DNA of 63,631 nucleotides, filler included, from Octopus bimaculoides (taxonomy: Eukaryota): the NCBI RefSeq assembly GCF_001194135.2. It is 5 parts of 5 records of this genome, joined end to end, with 100 filler letters (N's around TTAATTAATTAA, not from the genome) between each part and the next. Parts side by side here need not be neighbours in the genome. Positions count along the whole stretch, not along the records: positions 43,961 to 62,286 come from NC_068996.1; positions 62,387 to 63,631 come from NW_026412816.1; 3 more parts are not named here. One strand, 5' to 3'. The position numbers and the translations under genes were made by a program. This document shows, one piece after another, positions 51,011 through 63,631 of the stretch. The notes below the pieces were generated by a model. That model made no database searches, was not told the origin of the DNA, and saw only the letters and a list, made by a program, of their open reading frames with translations. Every line of letters begins with the position of its first letter. Position 1 is the stretch's first letter.

Positions 51011-51617
51011 CCCCACGCCTTGATTGATACCACCTCCTCCCTACACGCACCACTTCTCCTCACAACCACCCAAAGACACCCCACACCTTCAATCATAAAA
51101 AAGACCCTTGGATCATAAACGACCATGGATTGCATGTTGAAAGGAACCCTCCAAGGCACGCGTCCTGGCAAGGTTATTCATGGAAGACCAGCAGTCACCC
51201 ATGCATGCCGGCCTCTCCTCTCCATACCACTGATATTATCCAAGGGAAAGGCAAAAACCGATACAGCTTGGCACCAGTGACATCACAACTCACTTCCACA
51301 GCTGAATAAACTGGAGCAATGTGGAATAAAGTGCCTTGCTCGAGAATACAAAACGCAGTCCGATCTAGGGAATCGAACTTACTACTTCATGATTGTAAAC
51401 CCGATGTTCCAACCACTGAGCCATGTACCTTCAAACACACGCGCGCGAGTAAGTATATACATACATACATACACATATATACATATACATACACTCATGT
51501 ATGTACACAGATAAGCAGATACAAAAGTAAAAAATTAAAATGGGATACATATATATATATTCCCAACACGACTAAAGTAAAAGAATATATATTTATTTAT
51601 AAACGTATGTACGCATG

Positions 51618-51654
<37 letters not shown>

Positions 51655-52843
51655 TATGTATATGTATCTATTCATATATATATGTATATATGTATGTATA
51701 TATGTATATATGCCTGTATATATATNNNNNNNNNNNNNNNNNNNNNNNNNNNNNNNNNNNNNNNNNNNNNNNNNNNNNNNNNNNNNNNNNNNNNNNNNNN
51801 NNNNNNNNNNNNNNNNNNNNNNNNNNNNNNNNNNNNNNNNNNNNNNNNNNNNNNNNNNNNNNNNNNNNNNNNNNNNNNNNNNNNNNNNNNNNNNNNNNNN
51901 NNNNNNNNNNNNNNNNNNNNNNNNNNNNNNNNNNNNNNNNNNNNNNNNNNNNNNNNNNNNNNNNNNNNNNNNNNNNNNNNNNNNNNNNNNNNNNNNNNNN
52001 NNNNNNNNNNNNNNNNNNNNNNNNNNNNNNNNNNNNNNNNNNNNNNNNNNNNNNNNNNNNNNNNNNNNNNNNNNNNNNNNNNNNNNNNNNNNNNNNNNNN
52101 NNNNNNNNNTATATATATATATATATTTAATCATATTTATATTAACGATTTGAAAACTCTGTTGCTTATTTATATGTCACGTAATTGAATAGCATTGAGA
52201 AATAGAATTTAATATCTGACGTTATTATTTGGCTGCCAACATGGCTACAGTGCAATGACTGGAATTACTGAAAGAAATAAACTAATAACTGAATATGTAC
52301 TTTCTAACACAAATAATGACCTTATAATAATACATTTGTTTTAGTTTCGGCTCACGATTTTCGCACATCAAGTTACTTGCCAAACAATTACATCACTGAA
52401 AGAAATTATAATTCTTGTCAAAACTGAAGTCGAATTTACTCTATATTCATATATGTTGATAATTTAATAAAATATGCAATATGTGAGCCTGACAATAATA
52501 TTGCTTTCGAATTTTGGCCCAAGGCTGACAATTTCGGCGGAAGGAGTAAGTCGATTACATCAATTCCCAGGGATCAATAGTTACTTATTTTTATCGACCC
52601 TGAAAGGATGAAAGGCAGAGTTTGCCTCGGTGGAATTTGAATACTCGGAGCGTAAAGAGGAATGAAACTCCGCTAAGTATTTTACCTGGTGTACCAACGA
52701 TTCTGACAGCTGGCCGTTCGAGAAAATTACCTAACTGATGCAGATCTCGCTTCATATATGTGTGTGTGTGTGTGTGTGTATGTTTGTGTGTGTGTAATGC
52801 AGATTGCCATCTCGATTCATATGCATACACACACACATATATA

Positions 52844-52980
52844 TGCAGGGTGTCCACAAAGCCTGGGTACATGGGGATTAACACATACTTTAAGAAATTA
52901 TTATTATTATTTCTTATATTAAACTGTTTATGTTATGATTTTATTTACTCCGTGTACCCAGACCTTGTGGACACCCTGCA
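52844..52980. mobile_element. 137-bp Tc1/mariner-type MITE
   Basis: ~30-bp TIRs tgcagggtgtccacaaagcctgggtacatgg / ccgtgtacccagaccttgtggacaccctgca flanked by TA. Confidence 0.85.
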
Positions 52981-52985
52981 TATAA

Positions 52986-53705
52986 GCGCAGGTATTGCTG
53001 TGTGGTAAGACGTTTGCTTCACAACCACTAGGTCCAGGGTTCAGTCCCACTGTATAGCACCTTGGGCAAGTGTCTTTTACTATAGCCTCGAGCTGACCAT
53101 ATATGTATGTATATATCTCTATCTATGTGTGTGTGTGTCTTTGTGTCTGTGTTTGTTCACCCCACCCCATCCCACTTGCCAAACGGTGCTGTTGTTTTTA
53201 CGTCCCTGTAACACAGCGGTTCGGCAAAAGATACTGATAGAATAAGTACTAGAGTCGATTTGTCTGACTAATAACTTCCAAGGCGGTACTCCAGCATGGC
53301 CACAGTCAAATGACTGAAACAAGTAAAAGATAAAAGAAGAGAAATAAAAGAATGTGTGTGAGTGTGTGTCTTTGTGTGTGTGTGTATTTGTGTGCGTGTG
53401 TATGTGTATTTGTGTGCGTGTGTGTGTATGTATATGCGTGCATTTATGTGTGTGTATATTTATATATGTGTGTGTGTATGTGTTTATGTGTGTCTTTGTC
53501 TGTGTTACCCCCCGCCACCATCGTTTTACAACCGATGTTGGCGTATTTACGTCCCCGTAACATAGCGGTTAGGTAAAATAAACCGATAGAATAAGTACCA
53601 GACTTTAAAAAATAAGTCCTAGGGTCGATTTCTTCGACCAAAAGTCGGTGCTCCAGCATGACCGCAGTCACATGACTGAAACAAATAGAAGAATAAAGAA
53701 GAAAA
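52986..53705 (+). mobile_element. SINE family A with tandemly duplicated 3' half
   Basis: Head gctgtgtggtaag...gggttcagtcccactg, then two copies of gcggttcggcaaaa...ccagcatg.ccgcagtca.atgactgaaacaa separated by (TG)n. Confidence 0.85.
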
Positions 53706-56396
53706 GAATATACACAGACATTCACACGAGATAGTGAAGGAACGAAAAGAGTGCTATTCAAAACATTTGGTAGGAGTTAAGTGAGTTATTTAATATCAGT
53801 TTCACCCAGCTGCACGGTACTTAAAGTTTCTTAAGCGTGTACACCGAAACTAGCACGTCAGGCATTCAGATGTTAGGAGTCTTTTGGTCATCTAAGTTCA
53901 CATAGTGTTATTGGTCTGGAGTCGACATCAGTTCATACGTTTTTTCATATATGAACGGCGAGAAAATGAGAAGCAAGAGGGTCAGCAATGTCTGAAGGGC
54001 ATTTTAGAGGACGTCAGAGACTGAGGGTTCGTTCAACAGGATATCTGTAGGTAACTGTCACTGCTATGTCTCGAGACTGCGGAACAGTTTATTTAGTGAT
54101 ATCCCTTGGCTGCATTTGCCGCTTTCCATGCAGAGTGAGAGAAGAAAAGTTTATTATATGTATGGGTTTTAAGTAAGTATAAGCTGAATCAAGAGGAAGC
54201 CAGTGTCTAGTGAAGAACAGATTGATAGTGAGAAATAAATAAAACGTAGTTGGTTGTCGATACAAAGGAGCAAGTAGGCGGAGAGTATTCCGTTATTATG
54301 GTCGGTCAAGGAAAAGAAAATAAAGTATCAATTAAAAAGATACGAACGGAGTATCAGTCACACTGCTCAGATCGCTCGAAATCTGCCCGTGCTGATTCAT
54401 AAACATACAATATAAAAATCTCACAATAACGTATAAGTAGATATAACACGTGTAGGCATGTCTATGGGGATAAAACATTCAGTTCGCAACCACGTAGTTT
54501 AGAGCATAATCACTTCACTAAGCAAGTGTCTTATTTTAGCTTTGGATTGACTTGTTGACTAATATCTTTTTAGAGGAAAGTGTTAGGCAGAATCTTATAG
54601 AAGCTCGTCGTGTATATATTTGTACATACACTCAAGCACATAATAAATATATAGGTATTTGTGCATATAAGCAGAAAAGGCAGATAAACAAATATAAACA
54701 TAAACAGATAAACATAATGAGTATATTTACGGAAATGGAAATTTACGTATACGAATAGAATGAATGACCTCACCAAGTCTTATCCTTACAGCTGTTTCGG
54801 GATTATTTAGTTGCAAAGTTTTTTATTGAGCATCTCCTACTTATTCAATCCTAATGTTTCAATGTCGGGAGGAGGAAAAGGTGATTAACATTTCGGACAA
54901 GTGTTCTTCTTCGTGGGGAGAAAGAGAAAAAGAGAAACGTTGTTGCTTGTGTTCCCAGGTCCTAATCAGGGAGTGAATAACGAAGAGTTGTGTTGTGTAG
55001 ATTTTGTTGGGAGAAAAGAGGCAGAAAACGACTGAGAGATGTTGTCAGTAGTTTGCAGACACTACGGTAAAGGAGAGGAGTGTTAAAGAGTGCTATGCTG
55101 TTTGTGACTGGTTCCATGATAGTTGTAATGAAAGAAATATACTGGTAGCAAGGTGAATTAAAAGTGTAAACAATGAATATACAAGATAGAAAAACATATA
55201 TCATTATACAGATTTACACACAAAGAAAGGAGAATTATCGGAAGGGCAGAAAGAAGGATAAGAATATAAAATGAATAAGAATTTAAAACAAAAAAAATTT
55301 TCAAGAATCAAGAGTATATAAGGAGTGGCAGAAATTATGAAACAAAATTGGGATGAAAAAAAATTTATAGTAACTTCTGACAAGATGTTACAAAAATGAA
55401 GAACAGAACACATGAATTTCTTATCGCATAAGCTTCTGGTAATTATCCAAAATCATGCCACTGGTCACATTACGTTATTTACCGTATTTAAGGTTTATTT
55501 TTAACTTCGTAAATCCTTTTTCGTCAGAAATATAGGTAAATATTCTTCTGTATATAAAATCATATCCATTGATCTTTAAGCTCGTTTACAATGTAACAAG
55601 TAATATATTTCTATTTGTCTCTCACTCGCAAAGAAAGACCAGACACGTCCCTTCCTGAAACAAGTAAATGAAGTGGTGAAATATATTATTAATGTCTTCT
55701 AACTATATCCCTTCTCTTTGAGAATCGCTAAGCGAGATTTTTGTTTTCTGTCCCCGTCTCTGAGGGAAACTTCAGTATATGAAGAATCTATTGAGTACTT
55801 GCATAAGACATTCAACGCAACAATCTCGCTGCACATATGTTGTGCTACTTATTGCTTTTTTTAAATAATATTATGGCTCCATTCTATACATTTTATGTTG
55901 GCCATAAATCACCAATCTGAATTTACTGCAATTTTCGCTATTCATCGAGTGGTGAAAAGTAATGCTTTAAGGGTTTTTACTATCTATTCAACATTTACGA
56001 TCCTCCACATCCCATTGTACATATATTTGCAGTTATATATGTATGAATGCGCGCACGCGTATGTGCGTATATCTGAGTATGTTCATGTATATATATTTAT
56101 ATATATNNNNNNNNNNNNNNNNNNNNNNNNNNNNNNNNNNNNNNNNNNNNNNNNNNNNNNNNNNNNNNNNNNNNNNNNNNNNNNNNNNNNNNNNNNNNNN
56201 NNNNNNNNNNNNNNNNNNNNNNNNNNNNNNNNNNNNNNNNNNNNNNNNNNNNNNNNNNNNNNNNNNNNNNNNNNNNNNNNNNNNNNNNNNNNNNNNNNNN
56301 NNNNNNNNNNNNNNNNNNNNNNNNNNNNNNNNNNNNNNNNNNNNNNNNNNNNNNNNNNNNNNNNNNNNNNNNNNNNNNNNNNNNNNNNNNNNNNNN

Positions 56397-56436
<40 letters not shown>

Positions 56437-56442
56437 ATGTCA

Positions 56443-56486
<44 letters not shown>

Positions 56487-57084
56487 GATTTTTCTTTCTC
56501 TTGACTGTTTTGTGTGGAAATTTTATTGCTGTTGCCGCCTCAGAGTCTGTTTTGTATTTTATTGTGGAGGAGAAGCAAATCGAAGTCGCTGGTCCAATAT
56601 ATACACATGCACAGAAAAATGATATGCCTACACATACGTGTGTAGCATATAGTTAAATAAAGAGAGGGAGAGAGAGGGAGGGTGGGCGATGAGAGTGGAC
56701 AGACAGGAGAGGCAAAAGTAGGATAGTTCTGATTCCATAATTCTGGATCTTCCGAATGTATTGCGATATCCAGGCCAAGATCTTTCATCAGCCCTTCGTA
56801 TTCGGTGCATGGTCGTAGAAGCTTTCTTTACGATGTTGTTCTTCTAATGTTCGTCATACATTTCCCATACAATCCATTCTGCATATTTTATATAATGTTT
56901 TGTGGGACTAGCATCCAAACTTTTTCAGATACTGTATTTGAGACTTAATGATTCTCTTCAGACAGTCGAAATATATAATTTTAATACAGAAATCGTACCA
57001 TTTTGTTAAATATATTTTTGTCAAAATATTTGCTTGATTTCCATGACATTGAATTTAATGAGCTTTTTTCTAAAATTATTTTTC

Positions 57085-57300
57085 CGTCTTCTGCTCCTTC
57101 TCTTTCTCCTCCTCCTATTCCTTCTCCTTCTCTTCCCTCTACCCATATTCTTCTACCTACTCCTTTACCTTCGTTGTCTTCTGCTTTTTTCTCCTCCTTT
57201 GTCATATGTTTCTTCTCCTCTCTCTCAATCTTTTTCTCCTCGTCCTTGGGGGCGGGTTGACTTTCATAGGAAATAACTTTTAAACTTTTGTTAATTTTAC
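57085..57300 (+). repeat. ~215-bp pyrimidine-rich unit duplicated at 60518-60740
   Basis: Shared ctcttccctctacccatattcttctacctactcctttaccttcgttgtcttctgc ... ggttgactttcata.gaaataactt.aaacttttgttaat. Confidence 0.85.
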
Positions 57301-57522
57301 CACATAAATTTACCACTCTCTCTCTCTCCCTTCTCTCTCTTTCTCTNNNNNNNNNNTGGCAACTACTAGGCAATTCAGACCTGATAATTATTCCGACTCA
57401 CTGCATTCGGAGTTCAAATACCTCTGAAGTTAAATATAACTTTCATATTCTTTGGAGCAATAAATAAAGTATCAATCTAGCGCGATGGCCTGGATGCTTT
57501 ACGGTATTTGTTCCACCTCTTT

Positions 57523-57721
57523 ATGTTTCCGATTCGTTCCGATATGTTTCCTCTTTATCTTTTTTTTTTGTGTGTAAACGAAATTTGCATTTAGATGATA
57601 AACTGTTAGATGTGCTTCCTACGTTCACGAGATAGATGCAACATTTTCTATCTATGGAACGTTGGAATATTGCGTTTAATTGAATTCAATATTTGATTTA
57701 TTGAACCACAGCGTAGGCGTA
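57523..57721 (+). repeat. 199-bp local duplication of 58218-58417, inserted in a SINE remnant
   Basis: One substitution and one T-run length difference versus 58218-58417; flanked by a 24-bp direct repeat (57504-57527, 57719-57742). Confidence 0.95.
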
Positions 57722-60700
57722 TTTGTTCCACCTCTTTATGTTCCGAGTTCAAATCCTGTTGCGACCTGTTTAGATATAGACTTAATCCATTTCCCGCTTT
57801 AACTCCATTCAGCACGGAACACTCAAACGAGTTGCCTGTTTGACAATACCTATTTCCCTCAGTCACTGAGGTCCTCTAAAACGCCCTTTAATTTTGAATA
57901 AATTAAATACATAAAACCAACAAAGACACTGCAGACCCTCTCGCTTCTCTTAATCTTGTCTTCCATTTAGAGTTCACATTTTCGAAAACAACAAATGAAT
58001 ACTTCGCTCTTTACTTCCAACCCAAAATGTATCCACTTTTTTTTTTAATTCTCATTCCATGTTTTCCCTGCAATCATAGTTTTTGGAACTATTCATAAAG
58101 AATAATAACTGTTTCGTGGTGGTCAATCTTGGAGGAACGAGTAAGAAAGGCAATAAGCTGACCACCCTGAAGAACAAACCGATAAAAAAGAAAATTTTAA
58201 TTGCGTTCTCTATCTGAATGTTTCCGATTCGTTCCGATATGTTTCCTCTTTATCTTTTTTTTTTTGTGTGTAAACGAAATTTGCATTTAGATGATAAACT
58301 GTTAGATGTGCTTCCTACGTTCACGAGATAGATGCAACATTTTCTATCTCTGGAACGTTGGAATATTGCGTTTAATTGAATTCAATATTTGATTTATTGA
58401 ACCACAGCGTAGGCGTAAAAGAAATATTAAATCTACAGTGGCTTGAATAAAAGGTACTGCATTTTGGACAGCCTGAACCAGTTCTTACATTCAATTACTG
58501 TAGCAGCCATTTATATTCCTTGACAGAATTTTCATGACATATTCACTATATTTTGTATTTGGATCTGAGATTCAATCTAACTCAAAACCTGAACTGAAAT
58601 CTTAAATTTTCCATGTAGACATTTTGGAATTTGGTTTGTAATCTTTAGTTTCTTACTCGAAATATAAAAAAAAAATATTCCACAGACTGATTCTATCCAC
58701 TATGCACTCATCCAAAATAGGTGCCCTAAGGTGGATATACTATACAACAATGTTTCAATTAGCAGATAAAGTGGTGACGCCTGTCTCTTTTCAACTACAT
58801 ACTACCCTTCTCAAACTGAATTTGGCGAAAAATAGATCAATATTTTATATCCCGTGTGACAAACAAAATCAGTTACTTGACCTTTTTCTTATGTCTGTCA
58901 ACGGATAGTTAATATAATTGAATTCGCAAGAAGAAGGATGTAAGATGTTAGGATTTTGTCCAACCTTTCTCAAGTGAATGGTAAAGTAATTTGAAATAAA
59001 GCATTGTACTACTTGATCGAGGATTCAGCTTGCCTTGAACTCGCGTTCTACCCTACGGCGATCGCACATACAAATCTTGATTCAATAAGTAAAAATGGTT
59101 TCTGCGGAAAACATTAATTAAAGTAAGTGGCTTCTTTTTACCTCGGGTCATATAACATAGTGACTTACCTAAATGTTATTTCAAATAGTAAAATAATGGT
59201 ATTCTAGAAAAGCTATGCAGGAATATTATTGCTAGGTATATATTTATTTTTTGGTAATACGGCGCAATACTTTCTGGAGGATGAGAAAAAGAAAAAAAAA
59301 TATATTATTAAATACGTTGATGACAACTTCGGAACGGAGGCGGTCAAAGTAAATATCTATATTCGAGAGAGCAAGACATTAAGGTGATCAGATTGAGTGC
59401 TTGTACATGAGCAGAATTTATAAAATGGAAAGAGAAAAATTAGAAAAATAAGACAAACTATAATACAGCTATCGTGAAGTAGAAGATGCTGAATCAAACA
59501 GATACCGTTATTAGATATTTTACGACGATATTCAAATTCTCACTTTTACTTTCAGATTCTTATTGATGCATACGATTAGTATTTGTTTGTTTTGTTTTGT
59601 TTTTGTTTTTGTTTTTGTTTTTCTTAATCCAGAGGACACAATCTTTTGATATCAAAACGTATTAAAAGGGACAGCAAGGGTTATAACCCACACCGAGGAT
59701 GTCCACTAATATGATTAAATTTAAACCGGTTTGCGTTGGCTGCATAAATCATAATATAAATACATAATCCCTGCGTGTGGGTGGATGGACGGTTGACAGA
59801 CTTAGAGAAAGACATAGAATGAAATATATANNNNNNNNNNNNNNNNNNNNNNNNNNNNNNNNNNNNNNNNNNNNNNNNNNNNNNNNNNNNNNNNNNNNNN
59901 NNNNNNNNNNNNNNNNNNNNNNNNNNNNNNNNNNNNNNNNNNNNNNNNNNNNNNNNNNNNNNNNNNNNNNNNNNNNNNNNNNNNNNNNNNNNNNNNNNNN
60001 NNNNNNNNNNNNNNNNNNATATATATATATATATATATATATATAATAGAGAGAGAGAAAGAGAGTAAAAATACGCAGGATAAGTGGGTAGACAGAAAGG
60101 AAGGGATAGAGAGGCACGTAGGCAAGAATATGGTAGAGAGACAGATAAAACGATAGGTTGGTGGGTGGGTGGGTGGATGGATGGATGGATGGATGGATGG
60201 ATGGATGGATGCAAGAATGGATGGATTGATGGAGGAATGGATGCAAGAATGGATGGATTAGCACTTTTGAAGTATATCCAAAATGCATGAAGGAGTATAC
60301 TAATAAACATTGATGTATTCATGAAGAATGCATGAAATGCTTTTGCAGCCATACCCAGTTTATATGCATTTGTTAAAATGCTACTAATTTATGTATTACC
60401 AACAACCTGCTTGTGCCTTAAACCCAACCATTCTTTTACTCTTTTACTTGTTTGTCATTTGACTGCGACCATGCTGGAGCACCGCTATACACATACCTTT
60501 TACCTTTCTTTTTTTACGTCTCATCTTCTGCTCCTTCTGTTTATCCTCCTCCTCTTCCTTCTCCTTCTCTTCCCTCTACCCATATTCTTCTACCTACTCC
60601 TTTACCTTCGTTGTCTTCTGCTTTTTCTCCTCTTTTGTCATATGTTTCTTCTTCTCCTCTCTCTCTCAATCTTTTCTCCTCGTCCTTGGTGGGAGGTTGA

Positions 60701-62002
60701 CTTTCATATGAAATAACTTCAAACTTTTGTTAATCTTACCAGAATTCATGTTATATTTTTGATATCAAATGGACGTTTCTTATATCATACCCACCTCGTA
60801 AAGAAGGATGCTGTCATACAAACGATACAGGCAGAGCACTTGATGCAATCTGTCTACGCCACAACTGGCGGAACTTCGAAGTCATTTTCAATATAAGGAT
60901 TATATAGTTAGATAGAAATGTATACCGGTTATTAAGACACATTCATATCTATGTTATTTGATCTTCGATTATTACATGACTGTTGTTGTCTTACAGAAAA
61001 TTGTTCATCAAATGTTTAAGGCATTGAACAGCCATCTCTTTTTCACGTGGAAAAAGAAGCATATCAGACCGCCAATCTTAATGTCACCTCCTAGCACTAT
61101 ATGCGTTAGCGGAATTCATGCAATTGCGAAAGGTCAATGGTGCAATGACATTCTCTCTATTTTTCTATGCGCTAAAATGTAATACTAAATCTTCTGGAAA
61201 ACTCTTCCATCTTTCCTCAAATATCCCCGGATTCCATTGCATCAGAGATTTCATAATTCACCTATTATTAACAAGCCAGCAGCACTTCCTTTCTCTTGTA
61301 GAAAAGGCAAATTTCATGCCAGATTCAATCAGTCTCTTATCCACCTACTCGCTAGATCGTGCAATAATCCCTAATATGAGTCCTCTTGAATTATTTTACT
61401 TCCCATGATTTTTCTTACAGCCATCAACTAGCAGCTGTTCAAGAGCTGCATCGATCTAACCGATATACACCACCATCTGACTGAAGTATGTACCACAATT
61501 AGTCACGAAGCGTTAAAGAAATACATAATTCCTTGCTTTTTATTACTTTTAATTTTATTTCTTAATTTTTAATTTTTACCGTTTCCAGAAACTTATCGAT
61601 AAGCATTTTTCAATATATATTCTAGAAGAGATGTTCTCATGATAGTTACTATTATAAGGATAGTTTCTCTAAGATATTTTAAAGAATCTCTTTGATATTT
61701 GATAATTTCATAGCATACTTATCTAATAAACCTAAAGGATGTAAATTACTCAAAGAACACTTTTAAATGAATAGCCACGCCTTCTATCATTTTTAGCGCC
61801 TACTCATCCGGCGGGTGCTGACATTACTCTTTTATGTACACCGAGTGTGTAGAAATTTGATCCTAGATTTCACAAGATTAATGACATAGTTGCGTGTCGC
61901 TTCGGCGAGTATACAACGTTAAGAGTTAACAATGAATGCAATAACTACACAAGCATTCACGCGTGCGCGCGCACGCACGCACACATCTATCTATCTATCA
62001 AC

Positions 62003-62286
62003 CCTACCATCACCAAACTGGAACGCATACTCTTCTGCTTCTTGTGGAAGGGAAGCGTTCCGATGGTTAGGCGATCCATTTGCTGTCAACAGCCGCTAAA
62101 TGGAGGGCTGGGTATGCCGTGGTTGATGATGCGCAGACATGCGCTGAGACTGCGACATCTCCGGCGCTTCATAGACGACGGTGAACAGGTGTGGTCGCCG
62201 TTTGTGCGGCGCGCTTTCCCGCAGCTCGTCTCCTTAGCCGAACTGCAGTCGTGGATTAAACAGAGACCTAGGCTCGGCGAATGGCA
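62003..62286 (+). mobile_element. L1/Tx1-clade LINE fragment
   Basis: ITKLERILFCFLWKGSVPMVRRSICCQQPLNGGLGMP..., the post-RT FLW...GGLG motif; runs into a gap. Confidence 0.8.
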
Positions 62287-62481
62287 NNNNNNNNNNNNNN
62301 NNNNNNNNNNNNNNNNNNNNNNNNNNNNNNTTAATTAATTAANNNNNNNNNNNNNNNNNNNNNNNNNNNNNNNNNNNNNNNNNNNNTCTCTATACGTTAC
62401 AGGGGATAAATTTCCATTTCTTAGTGGAGAAGCGTAGACCTTGCTAAAACCACAATGCTATGTACCCCTCAATATTTCTGA

Positions 62482-62925
62482 GGTGAACTGGCAGAATCGT
62501 TAGCACGCCGGGCGAAATGCTTAGTGCTATTTCGTCTGCCGTTACGTTCTGAGTTCAAATTCCACCTAGGTCGACTTTACGTGTTATCCTTTCGGGGTCG
62601 ATTAAATAAGTACCAGTTACGCACTGGGATCGATGTAATCAACTTAATCCCTTTGTCTGTCCTTGTTTGTCCCCTCTATGTTTAGCCCCTTTGGGCCGTA
62701 AAGAAATGAATATTTCTCAGTTCATATATGAAGGTGAGCTGGCAGAATTTTTAGCACGCCGGGCAAAATGCTTAGCGGCTTTAGTTCTGAGTTCAAGTTT
62801 ACTGAGGTTGACTTTGCCTTTCATTCTTTCGGGGGTCAATTAAATATGAATCGGTTGAGCACTGGGGTCGATGTAAGCGACTAACTCACGCCCCGAAATT
62901 ACTGGCGTTGTGCTAGGATTTGAAA
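62482..62925 (+). mobile_element. Two tandem copies of SINE family B
   Basis: gagctggcagaatcgttagcacgccgggcgaaatgcttag...gagttcaaattcc (B-box-like)...ggggtcgat; copies at 62482-62710 and 62733-62925. Confidence 0.88.
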
Positions 62926-63631
62926 CCAATTTCTGGTCTCGTGCAAAAAGTCAAAACCAGTATTTCTAAGCTGACAGGATACTGCTGATTATTAAATTGT
63001 CACAAGGCAACTTATAGTGCATTATATTCTCTCCTCTTCTCTCTTCTTCTTTATGATATCTCTTTAAGCGTAAATGCCAGTTAAGTTATACTTGGGACGA
63101 CATAACAGAAAGAACAGTGAGTGCATATAAACTTTGACAGGTAGGCTACATGAGAACGGAATTAACGCAATATATAACCGACATTATATAAAATCGGATA
63201 AACTAATCCATTAATAAGCTATAACAGCCACAAAAATACACTCGATCCAATGAAGTTCTGTAATAAATTTCATAGCATGAGTTTAATGCGAATTAAATAC
63301 GAAAATAATATAAAATGATTTCGAATGCTATGTTGTCTCTAAGGGTTAACTCCGAATATAAAGCACGTCTCTTACAGCTACCGTGCAAAATGAATATATA
63401 TTTAATAGAGATCGTTCGGTCAATGACTTTCATATTGAAGTCTTACGTTCCTTCTACACATCAACACAATATCTAACGTACACGAACTCTATAAAGTATA
63501 CGCATGAGTTGTGGGTAAAAAAAACGCGGGGAAAATAAATTTGAATGTGAACACAATTGTGAACGTACGGATATTTATTGTTAAGAATAAGATCAAAACA
63601 ATTAGGATCCTAAAAGCACAGAACGAATACA

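Noticed and set aside
56690-56830. Minus-strand frame KLLRPCTEYEGLMKDLGLDIAIHSEDPELWNQNYPTF
   Set aside because: Looks protein-like but has no credible splice sites or recognisable homology.

Overview
Repeat-dense, AT-rich eukaryotic DNA, almost certainly a coleoid cephalopod (octopus-like tRNA-derived SINEs, very high microsatellite load); the species is inferred, not shown. Many N-gaps are present, four with an artificial TTAATTAATTAA linker. Only one protein-coding gene can be supported: a minus-strand, intron-containing SAM/Mg2+-dependent class I O-methyltransferase. Its 4 coding exons at 14125-16604 have GT-AG boundaries and consistent phases and give 249 aa; the last ~15-codon exon was not found. 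Its motifs resemble the mycosporine/gadusol-pathway O-methyltransferases (cyanobacterial MysB, vertebrate MT-Ox MT domain), but no partner cyclase gene is visible in the window. The rest is mobile DNA: three SINE families, an RTE LINE with a twin-priming-type 5' inversion, a same-strand stack of R4/Dong-like fragments in TAA/GAA repeats, Penelope-like fragments with decayed hammerhead-ribozyme motifs, mariner/maT remnants and MITEs. Structural oddities include a 2.3-kb foldback, a 115-bp near-perfect palindrome and a 199-bp locally templated insertion. Nearly all ORFs in the supplied track are microsatellite or N-gap artefacts. Family assignments come from motif recognition, not database searches.
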